A stretch of 32,000 nt of DNA. Source: Demequinaceae bacterium. Lineage in GTDB: Bacteria; Actinomycetota; Actinomycetes; Actinomycetales; Demequinaceae. Position 1 is the first letter of the stretch. Every line of letters starts with the position of its first letter. The stretch lies in NCBI GenBank assembly GCA_965250005.1, contig OZ252279.1, positions 510,001 through 542,000 of the forward strand, in the 5' to 3' direction. A program made the position numbers and the translations under genes. The notes beneath the pieces were generated by a model. The model saw only the letters and a program-made list of their open reading frames with translations, made no database searches and had not been told where the DNA came from. Below, piece after piece: positions 1-9,387 of this stretch.

Positions 1-51
1 TGATTGCGTTGAGATCTTGTTGGGCGCGTATCCCATCAAAGAGAGGAAAAC

Positions 52-390
52 ATGGCTGACCGAGCACTTCGCGGGATGCGACTAGGCACACAAAGCATGG
101 AAACCGCGGCAGGAGCGGACTATGCGGCGCGAACGGACGTCGTTTACGACTGCCCGAACGGACACGTCATCACCATGCCGTTCTCCGTCGAGGCCGACGT
201 CCCCGCAATATGGGACTGCCACTGCGGAACAGTCGCGTTAATCCGCCACGGCGAAATGCCTGAGCCTAAAGTTGAGAAGCACGTGAGGACGCACTGGGAC
301 ATGCTCTTGGAGCGCCGCAGCATCCCTGAACTCGAAGTCATCCTCAAAGAACGTCTCGACCTGCTTCGCGCCGGCCGCCTGGGTGTCTAG
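52..390 (+). CDS. rbpA: RNA polymerase-binding protein RbpA
   Basis: 112-aa ORF MADRALRGMRLGTQSME...THWDMLLERRSIPELEVILKERLDLLR matches the actinobacterial RbpA hallmark (THWDMLLERRS), with C/H zinc-ligand pattern (CPNGH...CHCG); SD GAGAGG upstream of ATG. Confidence 0.96.
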   Translation: MADRALRGMRLGTQSMETAAGADYAARTDVVYDCPNGHVITMPFSVEADVPAIWDCHCGTVALIRHGEMPEPKVEKHVRTHWDMLLERRSIPELEVILKERLDLLRAGRLGV

Positions 391-414
391 AGCCCTCAGG
401 GCGCCCCACTCCGC

Positions 415-1158
415 CTAGGACCGCTCGCGTCGTCTGAACAGGCGCGTGAGTTGGCGGAACCTGTGAGCCACGCCCCAGACCGTCACCTTCCAGAAGGCCT
501 CACGCACGATGTCGGTGCTCATTTTGGACACGCCGTGGGTCCGCTCCACAAACTCGATCGGCACCTCTGCGACCGATGCGCCAGCCCGCACCGCGCGCCA
601 CGTCATGTCCACCTGGAAGCAATATCCCTGCGAGGCGACACTCTCAAGGTCTAGTTGACGTAACGTCGCCGCATGGTACGCGCGGAATCCTGCCGTTGCG
701 TCCTTTACCTTGATTCCCAGCGCCATGCGTACGTAGGTGTTCGCTCCCACGGAAAGTAACTTGCGGCTCGTAGGCCAGTTGACGACGCTACCGCCGGGCA
801 CCCACCGCGCGCCGACAACTAGGTCCGACTCCCCCGTCTTTGCCAGCAAGTCGGGAAGCTGTTTGGCCTGGTGCGAGCCGTCCGCGTCCATCTCGACGAG
901 TATCTCGTAGTCGTGGTCGAACCCCCAGGCGAAGCCCGCTAGATACGCTGCGCCCAAACCCTGCTTCGATTCGCGGTGGAGCACGTTGACGTGCTTGTCG
1001 TTCTTTGCGACGGAGTCCGCCCATTCCCCTGTTCCATCCGGGGAGCCGTCGTCCACCACCAAAATGTCCACGTCCGGAGAGTGCTCGCGCACTCCCGCTA
1101 TCTGACGCGGTAGCGACTCGAGCTCGTTGTACGTCGGGATGATGATCAGCGTCTTCAC
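415..1158 (-). CDS. ppm: Polyprenol-phosphate mannosyltransferase (GT2, dolichol-phosphate mannose synthase-like)
   Basis: LIIIPTYNELESLP, DDGSPDGTG, EMDADGSHQ motifs; probable GTG start at 1156-1158 in a 4-nt GTGA overlap with the lnt stop. Confidence 0.9.
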   Translation of the reverse strand: MKTLIIIPTYNELESLPRQIAGVREHSPDVDILVVDDGSPDGTGEWADSVAKNDKHVNVLHRESKQGLGAAYLAGFAWGFDHDYEILVEMDADGSHQAKQLPDLLAKTGESDLVVGARWVPGGSVVNWPTSRKLLSVGANTYVRMALGIKVKDATAGFRAYHAATLRQLDLESVASQGYCFQVDMTWRAVRAGASVAEVPIEFVERTHGVSKMSTDIVREAFWKVTVWGVAHRFRQLTRLFRRRERS

Positions 1159-2684
1159 TCCCACACCCACCTTCCCCTGAGGCTCTTACCCCAGACGATA
1201 GCGACTATCGCGAACGGGAACAGGAGGAAGGCCCAATCCAGGAAGGCGCCGATACGCACGGCAGGGGTCAGCGACGTTCGCAACGGCAGTTGGGCTGCCA
1301 TGTGGTCCGACGTGAAAAGCAGCGTGCTGTCGATCACGCGCCCGTTTGGCGCAACGATGCCACTAACACCCACGGTCGACACCTGGATGGTGGCGCGGCC
1401 CGTCTCAATCGCCCGGAGGCGAGTCATGGCCAGCTGCTGCTCGGACTCCGCCGTGACACCGAACGACGCATTGTTGGTCTGCACAACAATGATCTCCGCG
1501 CCCGCGTTCACGGCATTTCGAACGAGCGGGTCGTACGCGACCTCGAAGCAGATCACGTCACCGATGACCACCGTGCGATCAAGCCGTTCGAGCGGCAGGT
1601 CGACGGTGCCGACTCCCATGCCCGCGATCATGTCGGTCCGCACCCGATCCACTTCCTCAGAGAAGAGTCGAGCGATGCTCCGCATAGGGATGTATTCAGC
1701 GAAGGGCGCCGGGTGCTGCTTGTTGTACACGTCCAGGACGCCGCCCTGTTCGTCAATCAGCAGCGCAGTGTTGAGCCTGCCATTCTCCGGGGAAAAATCG
1801 ACCGTGCCGAGCAGGATGGGCGCGCCCAGGGCCTGGGCCGCTGCCTTCACGCCATCGGCGGTTACCCTATCGATCCGGGGGTCGATATCTGCGGCATTCT
1901 CAGCCCAAACCACGAGGTCCAGGTCAAACCCTTCGCCCGCAAGCGCCAACGACTCGTCGACGTGGTTATTCGTGACCTGCCTAGCCTGATTGAACGAATC
2001 GAGCCCAAGGTTTGGCACGTTGCCTTGCACCACGCCGACGTTCAGTGTGCCCGACTCCGCTTGGGTATCGAGTGGAATTGCCAGGCCCGAGACGGCAATA
2101 GTGCCTGCGCCGAACGCTACCGCCGCCGGGAGGAGCACGCGGCGCGCGCGCAGCGCTTCGAAGCCGATGCCCAAGAGTCCACCGATTGTAGCGACCGCGA
2201 AGGACACCAGTGCCGCTCCGCCCAGCCATGCGAGCCGCGACAGCGGCCCGTCGAGCTGCGAGAACGCCAGGCGCCCCCACGGGAACCCGCCAAAGGGGAA
2301 GATGCTCCGCACTTGCTCAAACGTCACCCACAGAAACCCGAAGGTGAGCGGTTCGAGCCACAGTCTGTTTTCGAGCAGCTCCGAGTTCCGAACCCATGCC
2401 CACATGAACGCGAAGAACGCCACCGCGAAGGATTCGAGTAGCGTCAGCGCGATCCACGGAATGACGCCGACAGACGCGTACGCCCACCAGATGTGTGGCA
2501 GGAAGAATCCGATGCCCCATGCCATGCCCACCCCGAATGCGCGGCGCCGAGTCACGTTCTCAAGCGCCCACCACAGCAGCGCGAGTCCCACGGCTGCGAG
2601 CGGCCACCACCCGAAGATCGGGAAGGCTAGATTGGTAATCCATCCGCTCAACACAGCGAGAGCAAGGTTGCGGGAGACGGACAC
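1155..2684 (-). CDS. lnt: Apolipoprotein N-acyltransferase
   Basis: Multi-TM N-terminus, nitrilase-like domain (VVWAENAAD, VIGDVICFEVAYDP); start proposed at the second of two tandem GTG codons (2682-2684), which fits a leaderless promoter. Confidence 0.92.
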   Translation of the reverse strand: MSVSRNLALAVLSGWITNLAFPIFGWWPLAAVGLALLWWALENVTRRRAFGVGMAWGIGFFLPHIWWAYASVGVIPWIALTLLESFAVAFFAFMWAWVRNSELLENRLWLEPLTFGFLWVTFEQVRSIFPFGGFPWGRLAFSQLDGPLSRLAWLGGAALVSFAVATIGGLLGIGFEALRARRVLLPAAVAFGAGTIAVSGLAIPLDTQAESGTLNVGVVQGNVPNLGLDSFNQARQVTNNHVDESLALAGEGFDLDLVVWAENAADIDPRIDRVTADGVKAAAQALGAPILLGTVDFSPENGRLNTALLIDEQGGVLDVYNKQHPAPFAEYIPMRSIARLFSEEVDRVRTDMIAGMGVGTVDLPLERLDRTVVIGDVICFEVAYDPLVRNAVNAGAEIIVVQTNNASFGVTAESEQQLAMTRLRAIETGRATIQVSTVGVSGIVAPNGRVIDSTLLFTSDHMAAQLPLRTSLTPAVRIGAFLDWAFLLFPFAIVAIVWGKSLRGRWVWE

Positions 2685-2690
2685 CACGCA

Positions 2691-2696
2691 AGCCTA
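2691..2696 (-). promoter_or_regulatory. Candidate -10 (TAGGCT) for leaderless lnt
   Basis: TAGGCT-TGCGTG-GTG: 6 nt to the second tandem GTG; no SD. Confidence 0.45.
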
Positions 2697-2731
2697 CGTG
2701 AAGTGCCCGGCGTGCCTCGCGCGGCTCGCGA

Positions 2732-5500
2732 CTAGTACGCGACCACTCCCCTGCGGATGGCTTCAATCGTCGCCGTCGCCGTTTGGCGTAACTGATCGTT
2801 GGGGGCCGAGTTGGCAATCTGGTCCAAGACGTCGATGATTTGCTTGCACCACCGGACCATGTCGCCTGGAGCAAGACTCGAACCCCGCAGTACCGAGTCG
2901 AGGCCCTTGCCTGCCGCCCACGAGTACACCGGCGCGACGATCCCCCACTGGGGGGCGGGGCTCGCCGGCAGTTGGTGCGAGGAGTGAAGATCGTCGACGC
3001 GGGACCAGATGCGAGCGGTCTCCCGCATCGCCAAGCCAACCGGTCCGTTGGGTCCTTGCGGAATGTGGGGGGTTTGGTTTTCGTCGTCGCGTCGGCCGCC
3101 GTAGACGACAGTGGACACGACCGCGGCAAGCGCGGGGACAGGCAGATGATCCCAAGCGCCTTCGCGCAGGCATTCGGCGATGACCAGATCATTCTCGGAG
3201 TAGACCGTGCGCAGCATCGTCCCGCTCGCGGTCGGTTTGAACCCGCCAGCCACCGAAGTTAAATATCCGAGCTCGGCGAGCACCTCGCAACGGCGGTCAA
3301 AGAGCCGCGGAATGGACCCCGTCGCGCGCGAGATCTCCCCGGCGAACTGATCTCGATCCCGTAGGGCCCGGAAGTAGCGCTCCGCCCAGCGGGCATGCTC
3401 CTCGCGGTCCGCGCAGCCGTGGCACGCGTGCGCACCCAATTGCTTGCGCAGCGCATCGATTTCATCCGCCTTCGAGTCGCCCGTCGCGGGGGCCCGGCGC
3501 GACCCACGGCGACTGCCCCCATCAGTCGGCTTGAGCGTTCCACGCTGAGACCGCATCTTCGCGGCAATGTCCTTGCGCACGCGCGCCGTTCGCGCGTCAA
3601 TCTTCTTGGGTAGCTTGAGCTCACCTACCTCTTCGATCCCGTGATGAAGTTCCGCCGCGCTCAGTCGGAACGATCGCGCGTCCTCGGTCACGACCATCGG
3701 CCGCGGCTTCTCCGATGCGTCAGGAGCGACGACTACCGCCAGGCCCTTGTGCTTGCCGCCGAGTATTCGGACCACAGCACCCCTGCGCAGCCACTGCAGC
3801 GTCGTGGCCGTAGCCTCGCGGCGCTCGCGCGACGACGCCTGAGACTGACTCTTCTGGAGACGGTTGACCTTCTCGCGAAGGCCTGCGTACTCCATGAAGT
3901 CGCCCTGATCGCACGCGACGGCGTCGCGGAATCCCTCCAACGAATCGCCAAGCTCTTTAACCCGGCGAGCCTGGCTTACGACCGCCTGGTCCGCCTGGAA
4001 CTGCGCGAAGGACATCTCGAGGACTTCTCGCGCTTTAAGAACCCCCGATTGCGCGACGAGGTTCAGCGTCATGTTGTACGAAGGCTGGAAGCTGCTCACC
4101 AGCGGGTACGTGCGGCGAGACGCCAACTGGCCAAGGCCCCGGACGTCAAAACCCGGGTGCTCAATGACAACGGCGTGCCCCTCGACGTCAATCCCGCGGC
4201 GCCCCGCCCGTCCCGTCAGTTGCGTGTACTCCCCCGCCGTCAGGTCCTTGTGGGTTTCGCCGTTCCACTTGACGAGCTTCTCAAGAACCACCGAGCGCGC
4301 GGGCATGTTAATTCCCAGCGCGAGGGTCTCGGTTGCAAAGACAACCTTGATGAGCCCCACAGCGAAGAGCTCCTCGACTACCTCCTTAAACAGCGGAATC
4401 ATCCCCGCGTGGTGGGCGGCCAGACCCAACTCGAGGTGGTCGCGCCAGTTCGTGAATTCGAGCGGCCCCAGATCCTCCGCGGGTAGCGCGGCGCACCGCG
4501 CTTCGACGATCTCGCGTATTCGGTCGCGCTCCGCCGCAGACGTGAGCGTGACGCCTGCATTGCGCACCTGATCCACCGCGTCCTCGCATCCCGCGCGCGA
4601 GAACACAAAGAAGATTGCGGGCAGCAGTTCGTTGGCGTCGAGCACCTCCACCACTGCGAATCGAGGCGGAGAACGGCGGGGCCGACCGCGGTTGCCACCC
4701 CGCGCGGGCCGGTTGCCACCGCGCGTATGACGATTGCGGGTGTCGAGCGATCGATGGCGCCGCGCGATCGCGTCGAGCTCGGGGTTGAGCCGGGGGCTCG
4801 CGCCCACTTGCGCCGGATTTACGCCAGGTGCGTAGAGGTCGAAGATGCCCTCGCTCATGAATACGTGGGGCCAAAGTGGGACGGGGCGAGTCTCGCTAAC
4901 GATCACGTCGGTGTTGCCGCGGACCTCGCCCAGCCAGTCACCAAATTCCTCGGCGTTCGACACGGTCGCGCTCAGCGCCACGATCGCGGTGCGCAGGTCA
5001 AGGTGAATAATCACCTCTTCCCAGACGCTGCCCCGGAACTTGTCGGCGAGGTAGTGAACCTCGTCTAGGACGACCACACCGAGCCGGTCCAGCGCCGCCG
5101 AGCCCGCATAGATCATGTTGCGCAGAACCTCGGTAGTCATCACCACAATGTCTGCGTCGCTATTGATGGTCGTGTCGCCCGTCAGGAGGCCGACGGCGTC
5201 TTCACCGTAGACCGCGCGCAGCTCGTTGAACTTCTGATTCGAGAGCGCCTTGATTGGCGTGGTGTAGAACGCCTTCTCGTTGCGTCCGTGGGCGTGCCTG
5301 ATCGCGAACTCGCCCACGACGGTCTTGCCAGCACCCGTTGGCGCCGCGACCAGTACGGATTTGCCATCTTCGACAGCGTCGCACGCGCGTAGCTGGAAGT
5401 CGTCAAAGGGGAACGACAGCGAATCTGCAAATGCCCGCACGCCCGCGTGCTTCGCGCGATTCCGCGACGCCGCGAAACGTTCCGCTGGCGTCTCACTCAT
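2732..5500 (-). CDS. helY: Ski2/Mtr4-like DEAD/DEAH-box RNA helicase (HelY-like)
   Basis: APTGAGKTVVGEFAI (Walker A), VVLDEVHYLAD (DEVH), PTDR-equivalent LALGINMPARSVV, QLTGRAGRRGID; start trimmed to MSETPAERF at 5498-5500. Confidence 0.92.
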   Translation of the reverse strand: MSETPAERFAASRNRAKHAGVRAFADSLSFPFDDFQLRACDAVEDGKSVLVAAPTGAGKTVVGEFAIRHAHGRNEKAFYTTPIKALSNQKFNELRAVYGEDAVGLLTGDTTINSDADIVVMTTEVLRNMIYAGSAALDRLGVVVLDEVHYLADKFRGSVWEEVIIHLDLRTAIVALSATVSNAEEFGDWLGEVRGNTDVIVSETRPVPLWPHVFMSEGIFDLYAPGVNPAQVGASPRLNPELDAIARRHRSLDTRNRHTRGGNRPARGGNRGRPRRSPPRFAVVEVLDANELLPAIFFVFSRAGCEDAVDQVRNAGVTLTSAAERDRIREIVEARCAALPAEDLGPLEFTNWRDHLELGLAAHHAGMIPLFKEVVEELFAVGLIKVVFATETLALGINMPARSVVLEKLVKWNGETHKDLTAGEYTQLTGRAGRRGIDVEGHAVVIEHPGFDVRGLGQLASRRTYPLVSSFQPSYNMTLNLVAQSGVLKAREVLEMSFAQFQADQAVVSQARRVKELGDSLEGFRDAVACDQGDFMEYAGLREKVNRLQKSQSQASSRERREATATTLQWLRRGAVVRILGGKHKGLAVVVAPDASEKPRPMVVTEDARSFRLSAAELHHGIEEVGELKLPKKIDARTARVRKDIAAKMRSQRGTLKPTDGGSRRGSRRAPATGDSKADEIDALRKQLGAHACHGCADREEHARWAERYFRALRDRDQFAGEISRATGSIPRLFDRRCEVLAELGYLTSVAGGFKPTASGTMLRTVYSENDLVIAECLREGAWDHLPVPALAAVVSTVVYGGRRDDENQTPHIPQGPNGPVGLAMRETARIWSRVDDLHSSHQLPASPAPQWGIVAPVYSWAAGKGLDSVLRGSSLAPGDMVRWCKQIIDVLDQIANSAPNDQLRQTATATIEAIRRGVVAY

Positions 5501-5507
5501 GCCATGA

Positions 5508-5513
5508 AGGCTA
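5508..5513 (-). promoter_or_regulatory. Candidate -10 (TAGCCT) for leaderless helY
   Basis: TAGCCT-TCATGGC-ATG: 7 nt between hexamer and start codon; no SD. Confidence 0.45.
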
Positions 5514-6464
5514 CTTGACCCGCGCCCCCAGCACGCGCAGCGCACCCGGCGCCACCTCGACGTTCAGTGGCTCGGAGCCCACCAGCTCCCCATCCGCGAA
5601 TGCCGCTGGCATTGTCGCACCAAGCGGTGACTGTTCGATGAGAATCTTCTTGGCGCGAACCTGGTGAAGCTTGGGGTCATCCATGTGCGACCCGTCACTG
5701 AGCTTGGGGAAAATCTTGAGGACCTCGAGCTTCGACATTCCCTTCGCGACCACAACATCGAGCATGCCGTCGGTGATGCTCGCTTCCTTGGTCGCGTAGA
5801 GCCCGCCGCCAAAGATCGGCGTGTTTGCGACCGCGACAAGCGTCGCGTTCTGCTCCCACGTGAAGCCGTCGGCTGTCACCTTGATCCCATACGGCTTGAA
5901 GCGAGGAATCTCACGCATGGTCGCAACCTTGTACTTGAGCGGCCCGCGCGGGTACTTGAGGTTCGAGCCATAGAGCGCGACCGCGGCGTCCAGGCCCGCG
6001 GACAAGACGCAGTTGAAGTAGCGCGGGTTGCCCGGCTCTTCGATTCCGGGCCCCGAAAGTTTGCCGAGATCCACATCCGTGTGATCGCCCTCGAGCCCCT
6101 CGAGCACGCGATCAGCAGCAGCATCGATGTCGTGTATAGGCAGGCCATAGGTGATAGCCGCGTCATTGCCCGAGCCAGCCGCTATCACGCCCATCGGGAT
6201 TTTCCTGTTGCGGCTCATGCGCCGCCTGCTCGCGACTATTTGAGTGCCAAGGTGCGCCATGCCGTCGCCGCCGACCACCACGAGCGCGTCTATGTCACCC
6301 CGCGCGTTCATCCCCGCCTCAAACGCGCCACCCCACGATCCACGCGTGAGGTCGATGACCTTTACGCCGCGCTCCGACAACGCCGCAAGGGCCTCGCGAC
6401 CCCAGCGCGCTCCCCTGCCGCTACCGGATGTCGGGTTGGTGATGACGCCTACGGTGTGGGTCAT
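5511..6464 (-). CDS. Diacylglycerol/lipid kinase (YegS/BmrU family)
   Basis: VITNPTSGSGRG, VVGGDGM, GVIAAGSGNDAA motifs; start MTHTVGVITNPTSG at 6462-6464 rather than the extended ORF to 6944; ATGA overlap with tatC stop. Confidence 0.9.
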   Translation of the reverse strand: MTHTVGVITNPTSGSGRGARWGREALAALSERGVKVIDLTRGSWGGAFEAGMNARGDIDALVVVGGDGMAHLGTQIVASRRRMSRNRKIPMGVIAAGSGNDAAITYGLPIHDIDAAADRVLEGLEGDHTDVDLGKLSGPGIEEPGNPRYFNCVLSAGLDAAVALYGSNLKYPRGPLKYKVATMREIPRFKPYGIKVTADGFTWEQNATLVAVANTPIFGGGLYATKEASITDGMLDVVVAKGMSKLEVLKIFPKLSDGSHMDDPKLHQVRAKKILIEQSPLGATMPAAFADGELVGSEPLNVEVAPGALRVLGARVK

Positions 6465-7216
6465 GAAGTGCCCTTTCGTCGCTTGCGCCGCTTCAGGGCG
6501 CCAATGCCTATTGCTAGAAAGTACAGGGCGCACATCGGAAGCGCCATGGCCAACATCGACAACACGTCCGGCGTTGGCGTGATGAGGGCTGCAAAGACGA
6601 GGATGACGACGACGGCCCAGCGCCAGCCGTGCAGCCACGTGCGCGGCTTCACGATGCCCAGCCAACTCAGTCCGACCATCACCACGGGGAAGACCAACGT
6701 GATTCCCAGCCCCACCATCACGTGCATCACGAAGGTCAGGTAATCCTGCGCGTTGATGAGGTTTGTCGACTCCTCGGGGATGAAGTCCGTCAGTATCCGG
6801 ACCGCGCGCGGGAGTATCCACCAGCCGAGCGCGACGCCTCCGGCAAACAGTGGGAGCGCAGCTGCCATGAAGCCTGCCGTGTAGAAGCGCTCGCGGCGCT
6901 TGAGTCCCGGTGCGACGTATGCCCAAAGTTGGTAGAGCCACCATGGCGACGAGGCGATGAAGCCCAGGAACAGGCTGACGCGGACGCGCATGTCGAGAGC
7001 CGTAATCACGCCAGCGAAGTTGATGGAGATTTGTCCGTCGCTCGCTGCCGCAGCCTGGAGCACGGGACGCTGGAGAGCCTCAAAAGCGGGCTCGAAATAG
7101 AACCACCCGACGACGGCCGCGATCAGAATCCCGCTCAACGCGAGGATGAGCCTGTTCCGCGCCTCCTTCAGGTGGTCGCGAAGCGGCATCCGCCGCTCGG
7201 AGTTCTTGGTGACCAC
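6461..7216 (-). CDS. tatC: Sec-independent protein translocase TatC
   Basis: MPLRDHLKEARNRL N-terminus, six TM segments, F...E/P pattern characteristic of TatC. Confidence 0.95.
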   Translation of the reverse strand: MVTKNSERRMPLRDHLKEARNRLILALSGILIAAVVGWFYFEPAFEALQRPVLQAAAASDGQISINFAGVITALDMRVRVSLFLGFIASSPWWLYQLWAYVAPGLKRRERFYTAGFMAAALPLFAGGVALGWWILPRAVRILTDFIPEESTNLINAQDYLTFVMHVMVGLGITLVFPVVMVGLSWLGIVKPRTWLHGWRWAVVVILVFAALITPTPDVLSMLAMALPMCALYFLAIGIGALKRRKRRKGTS

Positions 7217-7237
7217 GGGCGTCCGCGCCTGGTGACG

Positions 7238-7435
7238 CTAGGCGTCGCCCTTGTCCGCGTCTTTGTCCGCATCCTTGGCGCCGTCGGAATCCGATTCGCG
7301 GAGCGCCTTGGTCTCATCCTTGAGGATTCGCATCGACTTGCCGAGGCTCCGCGCTAGCTCAGGCAGCTTTGGCGCCCCGAAGAGCAGCACCACGACCACA
7401 AGAACAGCCACAAGCTGCCACGCTGAAAACCTCAT
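7238..7435 (-). CDS. tatA: Sec-independent protein translocase TatA/E
   Basis: Single TM followed by [23 protein letters not shown]; SD AAGGAG at 7441-7446. Confidence 0.94.
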   Translation of the reverse strand: MRFSAWQLVAVLVVVVLLFGAPKLPELARSLGKSMRILKDETKALRESDSDGAKDADKDADKGDA

Positions 7436-7460
7436 CTGTTCTCCTTAAGACGGTGAGCCA

Positions 7461-7466
7461 AGTCTA
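7461..7466 (-). promoter_or_regulatory. Candidate -10 element (TAGACT) for tatA-tatC
   Basis: GGGTAGACTTGG in the 61-nt pafC-tatA gap; would give a short leader containing SD AAGGAG; same TAGACTTG core as the efp candidate. Confidence 0.45.
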
Positions 7467-7496
7467 CCCATGGCCTATGCATGTCGGGCCAGCCAC

Positions 7497-8417
7497 TCAT
7501 ATTGCCGACGCGAGCACGGCCTGAGCCGCCGCACGCAGGTGTTCGGCGAGCTGCCGCGGCGAGACGCTGCGCAGCGCTGGGCCGACCGAGAGCATCCTGG
7601 CGACAACAACCTCGGGGTTCGAGACACCCACGCGAACCTCGACCAACCCGCCCTCGGTTGGCTCGACCACCGCGCCGGGAAGGTCCTCGAAAGCCCATCG
7701 GCCTGCTGCCGCTATCTCGATGCGCGCGTCGTAGGCCGCATCGAGCGCGAATCCCGGCCTGCCAGCCGTGGGCGCAGTGAAGTCGGTGCCGGTGGCCGTG
7801 ACGGACGCGATCCTATCCAGCCGGAGCGTGCGGTAGTCGGAGGCACGGTGGCAATAGCATTCGACGTACCCCAGCCCGTCGATCGTCACCAACCGATGCG
7901 GTTCGATGACGCGCGTCGTTCGACGATCTTTGGCGTCTACGTAGTCCACCTCCACCGCTTGTGTTGCGCCAGCCGCTTCTGTGAGTGTGGAGGTGATAGC
8001 GGGGTCGACGGAGCCGACCGGGATCACCGTCACCTGCGCGGCTCCCGCGATTGCATCGCCCAGCTTGTCCAACGCGCTCGCAGCCGCCGGCGGCGCCGCC
8101 CCGGAAGAAACCATGCTTCCGAGCGCGGCCATCAAGGACACGGCCTCGCTCGGGGCCAGCCGGACCTGGTGCACGCCCTGAGAGTTGATCAGCCGCGCGA
8201 TGCCCTGGTCGTAGGCCCAGCCGTCGAAATCCAACAAGTCGTTGGTCCCGTAGCCCGGGAGTCCTGCTACCCACAGCGTCTCGACGTCGCGCTTAATCAC
8301 GGCGTCCGACACCTCGAAGTGTGCGGCGAGCTCGGCGAACGACGCCTCGCCGTGTTCCTCGAGATGCGTCACGATGCCCAACAGCCGCGTGACGCGCGGA
8401 ATCGCGCGCTCAGCCAC
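7497..8417 (-). CDS. pafC: WYL-domain transcriptional regulator (PafC-like)
   Basis: HTH plus WYL-type domain; second of two tandem WYL genes, overlapping the first by 8 nt; GTG start at 8415-8417. Confidence 0.85.
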   Translation of the reverse strand: MAERAIPRVTRLLGIVTHLEEHGEASFAELAAHFEVSDAVIKRDVETLWVAGLPGYGTNDLLDFDGWAYDQGIARLINSQGVHQVRLAPSEAVSLMAALGSMVSSGAAPPAAASALDKLGDAIAGAAQVTVIPVGSVDPAITSTLTEAAGATQAVEVDYVDAKDRRTTRVIEPHRLVTIDGLGYVECYCHRASDYRTLRLDRIASVTATGTDFTAPTAGRPGFALDAAYDARIEIAAAGRWAFEDLPGAVVEPTEGGLVEVRVGVSNPEVVVARMLSVGPALRSVSPRQLAEHLRAAAQAVLASAI

Positions 8418-9387
8418 CAGCCACCTCCAGGGCCGCTACCGCGTGCTCGCGCACGGCGTCAACCAGGACGGGGGGCGCGAGGACGCGTGCTGCGCCGGCG
8501 AGCGCAAGAACCTCATCGCGCAACGCGTCGGTGTCCGAATAGTCCACGTCGAAGACGTCCCACTCGCCCGCGTTCTCCCAGAACGCTGCCCGCCGTCGAA
8601 TCGCATGACCGGACTCGGCGCGCAAGCCGATTCGAGCAGTCAACGCCGGCACCGACTCCGCCAGTTGCGTCGCGGGCATGTCAGCCGGCGGGTCGAAAGC
8701 TGCGACGTCGCCGATCGCGGTGATCGCCCCCTCAATGCGGTTGGTCCGATAGGTGCGGGCCTCTTCCCTGTCGCGGTCCAGGCCAACCAGGTACAGGGCG
8801 CCCCCGCGTACAACCAGCCGCCACGGCTCGACCGTGCGCACGGCACGTCCGGACGCGGCAGACACGTACGTGAACGTCACTGCTTGGCGGTCCTGCATCG
8901 CCTGCGCAAGCGGAACTGCCGCGTCTGCGCTGTGAAGAGCGGTGGCGCCAAGCGCGAGAGATTCGACGTTGCCTCGCGCAGCCGAAGACGACACCTTTGT
9001 TAGCGCTCGCCGCGCCTCCGTGCCGAGCGCAGCGTTCTGCCAATAGTCAGCGGCGATCGCAAGCACGGCGCGCTCAGAAGCGGTGAACTCGACCGGCGGC
9101 ATCGCCGCCTCACCGGCGTCGATTACGTAGCCGATGTTGTCGCCGTGGGCCACGTCCGTGACCGTTCGAATAGGGATACCCATTTTGCGCAGGTCATCTT
9201 TGTCCCGCTCAAACATTCGCTCGAATGCGGCGTCGCGCTTCTTGGTCGCAGCATCGTCGTCACCGCGGTGCGGCTTGTCGTAACCGGAGACAGTTGAGCG
9301 GATCTGCGTCCTCGTCATACGCCCCCGGGCGTTGGACAGGGCGATGATGAGGTTGAGCAGCCGCTCGGACGCGTCAGCTGTGGACAC
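8410..9387 (-). CDS. pafB: WYL-domain transcriptional regulator (PafB-like)
   Basis: ERLLNLIIALSNARGRMTRTQIRSTVSGY helix-turn-helix, WYL domain (VRTVEPWRLVVRGGALYLVGLDRDREEARTYRTNRI); GTG start at 9385-9387 overlapping the hisG TAG stop (TAGTG). Confidence 0.86.
   Translation of the reverse strand: MSTADASERLLNLIIALSNARGRMTRTQIRSTVSGYDKPHRGDDDAATKKRDAAFERMFERDKDDLRKMGIPIRTVTDVAHGDNIGYVIDAGEAAMPPVEFTASERAVLAIAADYWQNAALGTEARRALTKVSSSAARGNVESLALGATALHSADAAVPLAQAMQDRQAVTFTYVSAASGRAVRTVEPWRLVVRGGALYLVGLDRDREEARTYRTNRIEGAITAIGDVAAFDPPADMPATQLAESVPALTARIGLRAESGHAIRRRAAFWENAGEWDVFDVDYSDTDALRDEVLALAGAARVLAPPVLVDAVREHAVAALEVAGG

Noticed and set aside
1-51. Sigma-R or housekeeping promoter for rbpA
   Set aside because: TTGCGT and TATCCC are present but spacing and hexamers fit poorly, and upstream sequence is cut off; not supportable.
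391-414. GCCCT-C-AGGGC inverted repeat as a terminator between rbpA and ppm
   Set aside because: Loop of one base is sterically impossible for the full stem and there is no T-tract.
1290-2441. 383-aa plus-strand ORF opposite lnt
   Set aside because: Antisense to clear lnt coding sequence, His/Arg/Glu-rich shadow translation.
5501-5545. 15-residue N-terminal extension of the helicase (MRCACWGRGSSSLHG)
   Set aside because: Lies over the kinase stop region; start at MSETPAERF is better supported and aligns with the -10-like element.
6465-6944. Long N-terminal extension of the lipid kinase ORF (477 aa total)
   Set aside because: Conserved domain starts at MTHTVGVITNPTSGSG; the extension is an alternative-frame reading over tatC, and the ATGA overlap at 6461-6464 is the normal operon junction.
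7470-8723. 417-aa plus-strand ORF opposite pafB/pafC
   Set aside because: Extends over two strongly supported WYL genes; low-complexity Arg/Pro-rich sequence; no independent support.
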